Shown: positions 31,336 through 39,831, counted from the stretch's first letter. The stretch: DNA of 64,000 nt from Nitrosomonadales bacterium (GCA_036676355.1 JAKFDA010000071.1:29924-93923), one strand, 5' to 3'. The notes: generated by a model not told the origin, from the sequence alone. Numbers and translations: made by a program.

Positions 31336-32625
31336 ATGAGCACGCTTCAAGAGCTGGCCAACCGTCTGCGTACCGCGGGCATCGAACCCGGCGATTCGGA
31401 GGAACTGCGCCTCAAGAAATCGCTGCTGATGTTCGCCATGGGGCTGACCACCATCGCACCGGTGGCATGGCTGGTCGTGTACTGGGCGCTCGGCTCGAAG
31501 ATCTCCGCGACGGTGCCGTTCGCGTACCAACTCGTATCGCTTTCGACGCTGGTGCTGTATCTCGCCACGCGGAATTTCGATCTGTTCCGCATCCTGCAGC
31601 TCAGCCTTTATCTCTTCTTTCCTTTTTTCCTGCAGTGGTCGCTCGGCAATTTCATTACCTCCAGCGGCGTGGTGTTGTGGGGTTTGCTGGCGCCGGTCGG
31701 TGCGATTCTCGTTTATAGCGCGCGCGATTCGATTCCCTGGTTTGTCGCGTACATCGCGCTCATCGCCGTTTCGGCCTTCTTCGACTATCAACTGGCCGAT
31801 GCGGCAGCGGCCACGGCCCTGGAGATTCCACAACAGGCGAGCGTGATCATCTTCGCGCTGAATTTCGCCGCGATGTCGAGCCTCGTTTATTTCATGCTGC
31901 GCTATGCGTCCATCGAGCGTGAAAAATCGAACGCGCGCCTGGCAGATGCGCACGTCAAACTCAAGATTGAGCAGGAACGATCGGAGCGACTGCTGTTGAA
32001 CATTCTCCCCGGCCCGATCGCGGAGCGACTGAAGCAGCAGGACGGCACGATTGCGGACGGCTTCGCCGACGTGACGGTGATGTTCGCCGACATCGTGAAT
32101 TTCACGACCATCGCGGAAGGCATGTCACCGAATCAGATCTTCGCCATGCTGAACAAGGTGTTTTCATCGTTCGATGCGCTGGCGGACAAGCACGGGTTGG
32201 AAAAAATCAAGACGATCGGTGATGCCTATATGGTCGCGGGCGGCTTGAATGACGGCGACACCGATTACGCGGAAGCGATCGCACAAATGGCGATCGACAT
32301 GCATGAAGTGCTGGCGCAGGAACCAGCGCTGAACGATCAACGCCTCGAACTGCGTATCGGCATCGGGACCGGACCGGTCGTTGCGGGTGTCGTCGGCAAG
32401 AAGAAGTTCATCTACGACCTGTGGGGCGATACGGTGAATATCGCCAGCCGCATTACCGGCGAAGGCGCACCGGGAAATATCCACGTCGATGCGACGACCT
32501 ATCGCCGCATCCGCAGCCGATTCGATTTCGATTCGCCGCGAACGGTGTATTTGAAAGGCAAGGGCGACACGGCCGTTTATCGGTTGATAAGCCGCAAGGC
32601 TGTGGCAAAGCAGGCGGTCGGTTAA
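31336..32625 (+). CDS. Membrane-anchored class III adenylate cyclase
   Basis: ORF 31258..32625 trimmed to ATG 31336. The N-terminal ~200 aa form a polytopic domain. The CHD catalytic domain has metal-Asp FADIVNFT, EKIKTIGDAYM and YDLWGDTVNIASR. The Lys/Asp specificity pair is typical of ATP-utilising enzymes. Confidence 0.88.
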   Translation: MSTLQELANRLRTAGIEPGDSEELRLKKSLLMFAMGLTTIAPVAWLVVYWALGSKISATVPFAYQLVSLSTLVLYLATRNFDLFRILQLSLYLFFPFFLQWSLGNFITSSGVVLWGLLAPVGAILVYSARDSIPWFVAYIALIAVSAFFDYQLADAAAATALEIPQQASVIIFALNFAAMSSLVYFMLRYASIEREKSNARLADAHVKLKIEQERSERLLLNILPGPIAERLKQQDGTIADGFADVTVMFADIVNFTTIAEGMSPNQIFAMLNKVFSSFDALADKHGLEKIKTIGDAYMVAGGLNDGDTDYAEAIAQMAIDMHEVLAQEPALNDQRLELRIGIGTGPVVAGVVGKKKFIYDLWGDTVNIASRITGEGAPGNIHVDATTYRRIRSRFDFDSPRTVYLKGKGDTAVYRLISRKAVAKQAVG

Positions 32626-32687
32626 TACCCGACCATTCCATTTGCCCCGATATTCAATGGATGGCGACCATTCATACTTGCCCCGCC

Positions 32688-32788
32688 CATCCTTCGACTC
32701 GCGCGCTGCGCGCCCGGCTCAGGACAAACGGAAAAAAAACGCTTCCGTTCGTTCATGGTTCGAACCCGTCCTGAGTCTGCCGAAGAGG
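32688..32788. repeat. Palindromic dispersed intergenic repeat (copy 1)
   Basis: CATCCTTCGACTC...GGCTCAGGACAAACGGAA-(A-rich loop)-TTCCGTTCGTTCATGGTTCGAACCCGTCCTGAGTC. It shares the CATCCTTCGACTC, GGCTCAG and GAC(A/G)AACGG blocks and a GTTCGAACCATG block with 39907..40019. It lies between two convergent genes. Confidence 0.7.
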
Positions 32789-32828
32789 CTCATCACCAAC
32801 GGCCTCACCATGCGCTCACCAGCATTGC

Positions 32829-34547
32829 TTAGGCGGCGAGCACGTGCCGCTCCACGGAAAGCGCCCCGGCGAGTTGAAAGCACACGCGCCCCGGCAAATT
32901 CGAAACGATGCTGAGTTCGAATCCCGCTTCACGCGCCTGGCGCGCCACCTGATACAAGCCCACACCGTATCCGGTCTCCGAATGCACCGGACCCCGCAAC
33001 AGTTTGCGCATGATGTCGTCCGGGACCGGTGCGCCGGTATCGAAAACGGCGAATTGCACGCGCTCGCCGCAGTCGAAACGTACCTGCACTCTTACCGAAG
33101 GATCGAGCCGGCGTTTGCCCAGCGCGTTCTGCAACAGATTTTCAGCCGCGGTATCGAACAGTTCCTTCGGCAGCAGAATGTTCGCGCCGATCTCGACGCC
33201 CTCGAATTCGACGTCGAGCGTCTGGTGCAATTTCTTGAGCTGGTCCCACCACGCTACGGCCTGGATCAGGCGCGTGCTGTCGGTTTCGGGACGCTGCAGC
33301 TTCTCCATGGTGCCCTGCAGACGCTGAGCGATGGTCGGCAAATGCCGGCGTATCAGCGCGTTGAGCGCGACCGGATCTTCGTTTCGTTCCGCCGCCGAAC
33401 ACAGCACATTGAGCGACTGCAGCAGGTTCTTCACGTCATGCGTCACCTTCGCGCCGGTCTGGTGCAGGGCGTGCATATAGGTTTGCTCGCGCAGCGTGCG
33501 CTCCTTCAATTTTGCGACATAGAACTGCGCCAGCAACTGGCCAAGCAAATTGAAATGCCACATGAGCGCGGGCCCCGGGCGCACGCGGCTGTACAGACGC
33601 ACCGTAAACTCGTTGCACTCGTATTCGATCGGGAAATTCGTTTCCGTGCCGAAATCGCCGGCGGCAAGCACCGTTTCCCAACGCCCTCCGGCGACCCACG
33701 GCAGACGCCCCAGATCTTCGCAAGCGCCATTCAAGAGCTGATCGGGATCCGTTTCGGCGCGCGATAGCGACGCGAGAAAGCGCAGCCATTGTTCGAACGG
33801 CAAGCCGATGGACAACAGATAGCGCGAGAACAGCATCGAAAGGCCGGAAACGCCCGCTCGGGGATTCCACGCCAGACTGAGTACGATCAATACCGATGCG
33901 ATGGTCAGCAACGTGTACGTCAGCGCCATCGGGTAGTTGATGCTCTGAACCACCATGAACGCAAAGCTGCCGAGCGCCAGCGCAAGCAGGAGCAGGAAGA
34001 GCAGCGCGGCGTAGAACAGATCGACGATCTGCGGCTCGGCCGGATCCGACTCGGACGGCATCAGCCACATGCCGACGAAGAGCAGCGGCAGGCCGTACTG
34101 CACGACTTGTAACAGGGCGGGATCCTGCACGCCCATGGCGAAACCGTTCGGCACGACCCACACGAGGAACAGTGTGGCGAGGTAGAAGAAGGTCATCAGG
34201 TAAAACAAACGCTGCCAGCGCGCGCGGAACAGAAACACCTTGCCGCCGACAATGCCCGCCAGCAGCGCCGTCCACAGACCGAGCATGGCCCAGTTGAGGA
34301 AGGCCATCAGCGCGGTCGCGACGACGGCGATCAGCAGAATCTGCGTGATGCGCAGTTGTTGCTGCGTGCGCATGAACGGTTGCCACAGCATGAAGAGTCC
34401 GATGTGCGCAACCATCAACCCGCGCGCCCACAGATCATCCACGCCCATCATGGCGGCCACGTGGAGACAGCCAAGCATGGCGATGACCAGCGACGGCCAA
34501 TGGCGACCGGAGACCTTTTCCGCGAACTGATAGACTTGTTGCCTCAC
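32829..34547 (-). CDS. Polytopic sensor histidine kinase (PrsK-like H-box)
   Basis: 572 aa with a GTG start. The N-terminal ~280 aa are almost entirely hydrophobic segments with short loops. The H-box is TGAKVTHDVKNLLQSL, the N-box AAENLLQNALGK, and the G-boxes FDTGAPVP and GYGVGLY. Confidence 0.88.
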   Translation of the reverse strand: MRQQVYQFAEKVSGRHWPSLVIAMLGCLHVAAMMGVDDLWARGLMVAHIGLFMLWQPFMRTQQQLRITQILLIAVVATALMAFLNWAMLGLWTALLAGIVGGKVFLFRARWQRLFYLMTFFYLATLFLVWVVPNGFAMGVQDPALLQVVQYGLPLLFVGMWLMPSESDPAEPQIVDLFYAALLFLLLLALALGSFAFMVVQSINYPMALTYTLLTIASVLIVLSLAWNPRAGVSGLSMLFSRYLLSIGLPFEQWLRFLASLSRAETDPDQLLNGACEDLGRLPWVAGGRWETVLAAGDFGTETNFPIEYECNEFTVRLYSRVRPGPALMWHFNLLGQLLAQFYVAKLKERTLREQTYMHALHQTGAKVTHDVKNLLQSLNVLCSAAERNEDPVALNALIRRHLPTIAQRLQGTMEKLQRPETDSTRLIQAVAWWDQLKKLHQTLDVEFEGVEIGANILLPKELFDTAAENLLQNALGKRRLDPSVRVQVRFDCGERVQFAVFDTGAPVPDDIMRKLLRGPVHSETGYGVGLYQVARQAREAGFELSIVSNLPGRVCFQLAGALSVERHVLAA

Positions 34548-34862
34548 GCTATTCCCCGATTGCGATGTGCTGAGCGGTGACTAAAGCGACGATTATTCCA
34601 GCGTCGTTGAACAACGCGCGGCACTACTTGTCATCTATGCCTTTCGGATAAATGAAATCGGCATGAATCCTGATTAAGCTTGCATGTGCTGAAGCTGCGG
34701 TGAGGAAGCGAAAGCAAAAAACACGATGGCTCAAGGCAGACGATGTTGAACAGATGGCCGATCGCGATGCACGTATGTCGCCAAATCGACGTTTTCGTCG
34801 ACTCTCCGACATCGGCGTCGCCCGAAACACGTGATTTCGTTGATAAACACGCAAAAATCCGC

Positions 34863-34878
34863 TGGCATCCAGCTTGCT
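34863..34878 (+). promoter_or_regulatory. Sigma-54 (-24/-12) promoter of the pilin gene
   Basis: TGGCAT-CCAGC-TTGCT matches the consensus TGGCAC-N5-TTGCW, with GG-N10-GC spacing exact. It lies 56 nt upstream of ATG 34934. Confidence 0.8.
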
Positions 34879-34933
34879 CACGCCAGTCATAAAACCGCTC
34901 ATCAGAGCGAGACAACCGAGTAGGAAATAGAAC

Positions 34934-35596
34934 ATGTCCAATTACACGATGGAGCGCCGTCAGAAGGGCTTCACCCTTGTCGAGATCGCCATCGTTCTCG
35001 TCATCATCGGCCTGCTGCTCGGCGGTGTGCTGAAGGGGCAGGAGTTGATCAATAGCGCGAAAGTCAAGAATATGGCCAACGACTTTCGTAACGTGCCGCT
35101 CTATATTTACGGCTATCAGGATCGCTTCAAGGCGCTGCCTGGTGACGACATCAAAGCGAACACCAACCTTCCTAAGGACAGCGCCGGTGTTGACGCTAAA
35201 GAAGGGGATGGCGACGGCAAAATCGGGGGTATTTGGTCCAGCACTACCCCCAGCGATGAATCCGCGCGCTTCTGGCAGCATGTACGTCTTGCTGGTCTAG
35301 CCACCGGCGCAACAAGCCCGGGCGACGATGGGTACTATCCGACGAACGTCGACGGCGGGCGTATTGGCGTGCAAAGTATGGCTTCGTCCTACATCAGCGG
35401 AATGACCGGCGCCTATCTCGTTTGTTCGGGCGGCATTCAGGGACGATATGCCAAACAGCTTGATGCGACCTTGGATGACGGTATACATAACACTGGCTCC
35501 ATGCGGGTTGTGCCAAAGAATCACACCGCAGGAAACGCCGCGCCCGCTACTGCACTCGTGGATGACGACACATACAGCGTTTGCATGGCTCTCTAA
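34934..35596 (+). CDS. Prepilin-type major pilin candidate (220 aa)
   Basis: An AGGA RBS sits 8 nt upstream. The N-terminus is MSNYTMERRQKG|FTLVEIAIVLVIIGLLLGGVL, with Glu5 present. There are exactly two Cys (LVCSGG and SVCMAL) near the C-terminus. It is followed by a strong terminator. Confidence 0.88.
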   Translation: MSNYTMERRQKGFTLVEIAIVLVIIGLLLGGVLKGQELINSAKVKNMANDFRNVPLYIYGYQDRFKALPGDDIKANTNLPKDSAGVDAKEGDGDGKIGGIWSSTTPSDESARFWQHVRLAGLATGATSPGDDGYYPTNVDGGRIGVQSMASSYISGMTGAYLVCSGGIQGRYAKQLDATLDDGIHNTGSMRVVPKNHTAGNAAPATALVDDDTYSVCMAL

Positions 35597-35628
35597 AATC
35601 GTCGCGTTAGCCGTCAGAGTTTGTGAGG

Positions 35629-35651
35629 AGCCCGCTTCGGCGGGCTTTTTC
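35629..35651 (+). terminator. Rho-independent terminator after the pilin gene
   Basis: AGCCCGC-TTCG-GCGGGCT followed by TTTTTC. Confidence 0.85.
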
Positions 35652-35660
35652 ATTTCCGCC

Positions 35661-37631
35661 CTACCCCTTCAGCAAGCGCGTTTCGCCGAAAGCAACCGCC
35701 TCCGGTGCGCCGAGCAGTACGACCACATCGCCGTCCCGAAAGCGCGTCTCCGGGCCCGGCTCTTCGGCGCGGATGTTCCGTCGCCGCACGGCGGTGACGA
35801 CGATGCCGCGATCGGTGAGGCCGAGTTCTTCGATGCTTTTGCCGATGGCGTAGGCCTTGCCGTCGAGCGTCACGGTGTGCATGCGCGGCAGGTTGCTGTC
35901 GTCGATGTCGTCAATCTCGTCGCTGGTGCCGCGAAAAAAGCCGCGAAGCATGTGGTAGCGCTCGCCGCGCACCTCACGCAGCCGACTCATCACGCGACGC
36001 GCCGGCACGCCGGCCATGAGCATGGCGTGCGAGGCGAGCATCAGGCTGGACTCGAACGTATCGGGAACGACTTCGGCGGCGCCCGCTTCCGACAGCTTGT
36101 CGAAGGGGCCATCGTCACGCGTGCGGACGATGACCGGCAAGCCGGGATTGATCGAGCGGGCGTGATGCAGGATTTTCATCGACCCCGGCGTGTCGATGAA
36201 CGAAACGACCAGCGCGCGTGCGCGACCGAGCCCCGCCGCGATCAGCGTTTCGCGCCGCGCGGCATCGCCGTACACCACATTTTCCCCTGCTGCGGAAGCG
36301 GCCAGCACGCGTTCCGGATCGAGATCGAGCGCGACATAGCTGACACCTTCACGTTCGAGAAAGCGCGCAAGGCTCTGGCCGGTGCGTCCGTAGCCGCAGA
36401 TCACCACATGCCGCTCGGCGCTGATGCTGGTCGCGGCGACCTGATGCAGCTGCAGGGACCGGCGCATCCATTCCGTGCGCGAAATGCGCAGCGCGATCCG
36501 GTCGCTATGCTGAATGAGAAAGGGTGAAGCGAGCATCGACAACACAACGCCCGCGATTGCCGCTTGTGCTATCGCCGGTTCGAACAATTTCAGATCACTG
36601 CCGAGCGCAAGCAGGACGAGCCCGAATTCGCCCGCCTGGGCGAGGCACAGACCAGACCTGATAGCCGTTCCGGGGGTGCCGCCGAGCAATCGCGACAAGC
36701 CGGCGACAATGGCGAATTTAAGCAGCATCGGCCCGATGAACAGCGCTGCAACGATCGGTGCATAGTCGACGACCGAATGCAGTTCCAGGCGCATGCCGGT
36801 GGTGATGAAGAACAGTCCGAGCAGTACATCGCGGAAGGGACGGATGTCCTCTTCCACCCGATGGCGGTATTCCGTTTCGGAAATCAGCATGCCGGCCACG
36901 AACGCACCCAGTGCCAGCGACAGCCCGGCCAACTCGGTGACGTAGGCCAGACCCAGTGTAATGAACAGCACGTTGATGATGAACAGTTCGTTCGAGCGTC
37001 GCCGCGCAACGAGGTTGAACCATCCGCGCATCAGCCGCTGCCCGAAGAACAGCACCAGCGTCAGGATCACCGCGGCTTTCACGAATGCCCAGCCGAGCAC
37101 GCCCGCAAGATTTTCGCTTGCGCCCGCCAGCGCGGGGAAGATCACCAGCAAGGGCACGATCACCAGGTCCTGGAACAGCAGCACGCCGATGACTTCGCGA
37201 CCATGAGGCGTCTCCGTCTCCATGCGGTCGGACAGCATGCGGATGACGATGGCAGTGGACGAGACCGCCAGTGCGGCGGCCAAAGCCACGGCGGGCTCCC
37301 ATGACATGCCGAAGGCGATAAGAACGCCGCCCAGCCCGACCATGGTCAACAGCACCTGCGCGCCGCCCAGTCCGAACACCAGACGACGCATATGGAACAA
37401 CCGGGCGAGGCTGAATTCCAGGCCGATGGTGAACATGAGGAACACCACGCCGAATTCGGCCAGATGCTGCGTTTCTTCCAGATCGAAGGTGGGTCCCGGC
37501 AGATTGGGCCCGATCAGGACACCGACAATCAGATAGCCCAGCAGTGGCGGCAGCTGCAGACTGCGAAAGATGACCACCACGAACACTGCGCTGGCCAGCA
37601 GAATCAGCACCAATTGCAGGGTATCGGTCAT
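35661..37631 (-). CDS. CPA2-family monovalent cation:proton antiporter with RCK (TrkA-N/TrkA-C) domains (KefB/YbaL-like)
   Basis: ORF 35661..37766 trimmed to ATG 37631 (MTDTLQLVLILLASAVF). The polytopic Na_H exchanger region is followed by the Rossmann motif VVICGYGRTGQ and a C-terminal TrkA-C-like part. Confidence 0.9.
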   Translation of the reverse strand: MTDTLQLVLILLASAVFVVVIFRSLQLPPLLGYLIVGVLIGPNLPGPTFDLEETQHLAEFGVVFLMFTIGLEFSLARLFHMRRLVFGLGGAQVLLTMVGLGGVLIAFGMSWEPAVALAAALAVSSTAIVIRMLSDRMETETPHGREVIGVLLFQDLVIVPLLVIFPALAGASENLAGVLGWAFVKAAVILTLVLFFGQRLMRGWFNLVARRRSNELFIINVLFITLGLAYVTELAGLSLALGAFVAGMLISETEYRHRVEEDIRPFRDVLLGLFFITTGMRLELHSVVDYAPIVAALFIGPMLLKFAIVAGLSRLLGGTPGTAIRSGLCLAQAGEFGLVLLALGSDLKLFEPAIAQAAIAGVVLSMLASPFLIQHSDRIALRISRTEWMRRSLQLHQVAATSISAERHVVICGYGRTGQSLARFLEREGVSYVALDLDPERVLAASAAGENVVYGDAARRETLIAAGLGRARALVVSFIDTPGSMKILHHARSINPGLPVIVRTRDDGPFDKLSEAGAAEVVPDTFESSLMLASHAMLMAGVPARRVMSRLREVRGERYHMLRGFFRGTSDEIDDIDDSNLPRMHTVTLDGKAYAIGKSIEELGLTDRGIVVTAVRRRNIRAEEPGPETRFRDGDVVVLLGAPEAVAFGETRLLKG

Positions 37632-37688
37632 GCTTGCGGGCGCATTCAGGCAGCGGGAAGGAGGGGGCCGTTTGCTATACTTTTGCGC

Positions 37689-38693
37689 ATGATAAAGGCC
37701 GCCCCACCAACGCAACAGGTCGAAGTGCCGAAAGATGCTTTGCGGCTCGCTCGCGAAGTGTTGCAAATCGAGGCTGCGGCCGTCACCGCACTGATCGATC
37801 GCCTCGATGATTCATTTCTACGCGCAATCGAGCTCATTCTGTCTTGCAGCGGACGCGTCGTCGTCAGCGGTATCGGCAAGTCCGGCCATGTCGGACGCAA
37901 GATCGCCTCCACGCTCGCCAGCACCGGCACGCCGGCATTCTTCGTGCACCCCGCCGAAGCGAGCCACGGCGATCTGGGAATGATCACCCGGCACGACGTA
38001 CTGATCGCCATTTCCTACTCCGGCGAGAGCGAAGAGTTGTTGCGGATCATTCCGCTGACCAAGCGCGGAGGCGCGAAGTTGATCGCCATGACCGGCAATG
38101 CCGGATCGACGCTCGCCAAAGAGGCCGATGCGCACCTCGACATTCACGTCAGCAAGGAAGCGTGTCCGCTCAACCTCGCGCCCACGGCGAGCACCACCGC
38201 GACGCTTGCGCTCGGTGATGCGCTGGCGGTGGCCCTGCTCGACGCGCACGGCTTCAAACCGGACGACTTCGCCCGTTCTCATCCGGGCGGCGCGCTGGGA
38301 CGGCGATTGCTCACCCATGTGCATGACGTCATGAAATCGGGCGATCAAACGCCTGCGGTGATGAACGGCGCCGCGCTGACCGACGCGATCCTGGAGATCT
38401 CGCGCAAAGGCATGGGCATGACGGCGATCGTCGATGAAAACCGGCAAGTGCTCGGGATTTTCACCGACGGCGACTTGCGCCGCGCGGTCGAGCGCGGCGT
38501 GGATCTGCGCGGCGCGCGGATCGGCGAGCTCATGACGCCGGCGCCGCTGACCATCGGGCCGGACGAATTGGCCGTCGAGGCGGTCGCGGTGATGGAGCAG
38601 CGCCGCATCAATCAACTGTTGGTGACCGACGAGACGGGCCGACTCATCGGCGCGCTGAACATGCACGACCTGTTCGAAGCGAAAGTCGTCTAG
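37689..38693 (+). CDS. kdsD: Arabinose-5-phosphate isomerase
   Basis: ORF 37392..38693 trimmed to ATG 37689. The SIS domain reads GIGKSGHVGRKIASTLASTGTPAFFVHPAEASHGDLG, and a CBS pair follows. Confidence 0.93.
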   Translation: MIKAAPPTQQVEVPKDALRLAREVLQIEAAAVTALIDRLDDSFLRAIELILSCSGRVVVSGIGKSGHVGRKIASTLASTGTPAFFVHPAEASHGDLGMITRHDVLIAISYSGESEELLRIIPLTKRGGAKLIAMTGNAGSTLAKEADAHLDIHVSKEACPLNLAPTASTTATLALGDALAVALLDAHGFKPDDFARSHPGGALGRRLLTHVHDVMKSGDQTPAVMNGAALTDAILEISRKGMGMTAIVDENRQVLGIFTDGDLRRAVERGVDLRGARIGELMTPAPLTIGPDELAVEAVAVMEQRRINQLLVTDETGRLIGALNMHDLFEAKVV

Positions 38694-38695
38694 GC

Positions 38696-39226
38696 ATGGG
38701 CGTGAACGAGGCGCTTGAACGCGCGCGCGGCATCAGGCTGATGGGCTTCGACGTGGACGGCATTCTGACCGACGGCACGCTGTATCTGAGCGACTCGGGC
38801 GAGGAAACCAAAGGTTTCAGCACGCTCGACGGGCTGGGCCTCAAGCTGCTGCAGGAGAACGGCGTCGAACTGGCGATCATCACCGGTCGCGAATCCAGGC
38901 TGGTGGCGCTGCGCGCGCAGCACCTCGGTATCGGTCGGCTGCATCAGGGCGTCGAGCACAAGTTCGAGATTTTCGACGCGTTGCGCCGGGATCTTGGTCT
39001 TGAACTGAGCCAGTGCGGCTACATGGGCGACGATCTGCCCGATCTCGGCATCCTGAGCCGCTGCGGTTTTGCCGCGACCGTGCCGCAGGCTCCGAAGACG
39101 GTGCGCGCCCGTGTGCACTATGTGACCGAAGCGCCGGCCGGCCGCGGCGCGGCGCGCGAAGTGTGCGAATTCATTCTGCAATCGCAAGGCAAGCTGGATC
39201 AGGCGATCGCGCGCTTCCTGGCATGA
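38696..39226 (+). CDS. kdsC: KDO-8-phosphate phosphatase
   Basis: 176 aa with HAD motif FDVDGILTDG and GDDLPD. Confidence 0.93.
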   Translation: MGVNEALERARGIRLMGFDVDGILTDGTLYLSDSGEETKGFSTLDGLGLKLLQENGVELAIITGRESRLVALRAQHLGIGRLHQGVEHKFEIFDALRRDLGLELSQCGYMGDDLPDLGILSRCGFAATVPQAPKTVRARVHYVTEAPAGRGAAREVCEFILQSQGKLDQAIARFLA

Positions 39227-39807
39227 GAGCTCGCTCCAGCACCCTCTTTCCGCTGGTGCTCGTCATTGGACTCGCTCTGATGAGCGCGTGGCTGGAATAC
39301 GCAGTGCGAGGACCCGATCAGGACACCAAGGCTGCGCTCCGCCACGATCCCGATTTCATTATCGAGAACTTCACGACAACGGAAATCGGCAAACAGGGGC
39401 AACCCGGCGCTACGCTCAGCGCGCTTCGAATGGTACATTTCCCCGACGATGAGACCAGCGAACTGGAGCGGCCGCATCTCATTCACCTGAGCCCGACGCG
39501 ACCGCCGATCCATATCACGGCCGATCGCGGCGTCGTGAATGGCACCGGTGAAGAGGTCCGTCTATACGGCAATGTTGTCGTCAGACGTGTTGCCACGGCA
39601 CGGCATCCCGAATTGCGCGTGGAAACGAAGTACCTGCAAGTGTTTCCGGATGATCAGCTGGCGCGCACGCCCGAGGAAGTCCTGATCACCGAAGGCGCAT
39701 CGCGGCTGAAGGGCGTCGGCATGGAAGTGAACAGCAGCACGGGGCACATTCAGCTTCGGTCCAGAGTGACCGGTGTTTATATGAAATCGGACGGAAGCGC
39801 TCAATAG
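39223..39807 (+). CDS. lptC: LPS export protein LptC
   Basis: ORF 39013..39807 trimmed to ATG 39223, which forms an ATGA overlap with kdsC. The product has an N-terminal anchor and a beta-jellyroll-like sequence. Confidence 0.85.
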   Translation: MRARSSTLFPLVLVIGLALMSAWLEYAVRGPDQDTKAALRHDPDFIIENFTTTEIGKQGQPGATLSALRMVHFPDDETSELERPHLIHLSPTRPPIHITADRGVVNGTGEEVRLYGNVVVRRVATARHPELRVETKYLQVFPDDQLARTPEEVLITEGASRLKGVGMEVNSSTGHIQLRSRVTGVYMKSDGSAQ

Positions 39808-39831
39808 GAATCCCACGCGCGCATCCTGTTA

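Noticed and set aside
32642-32914. 90-aa ORF in the cyclase-kinase intergenic region, and the TTG-initiated extension of lptA (39868-40083).
   Set aside because: Both merely translate the palindromic repeat elements (..LRTNG.., ..PFV..). They lack RBS and start context.
34741-34760. Shared motif upstream of both sigma-54 promoters as a common UAS: GACGATGTTGAACAGA here versus GACGATGAGCAGAG at 53293-53306.
   Set aside because: There are only two instances, the match is gapped and the distances to the promoters differ. It is too weak to call without a genome-wide motif search.
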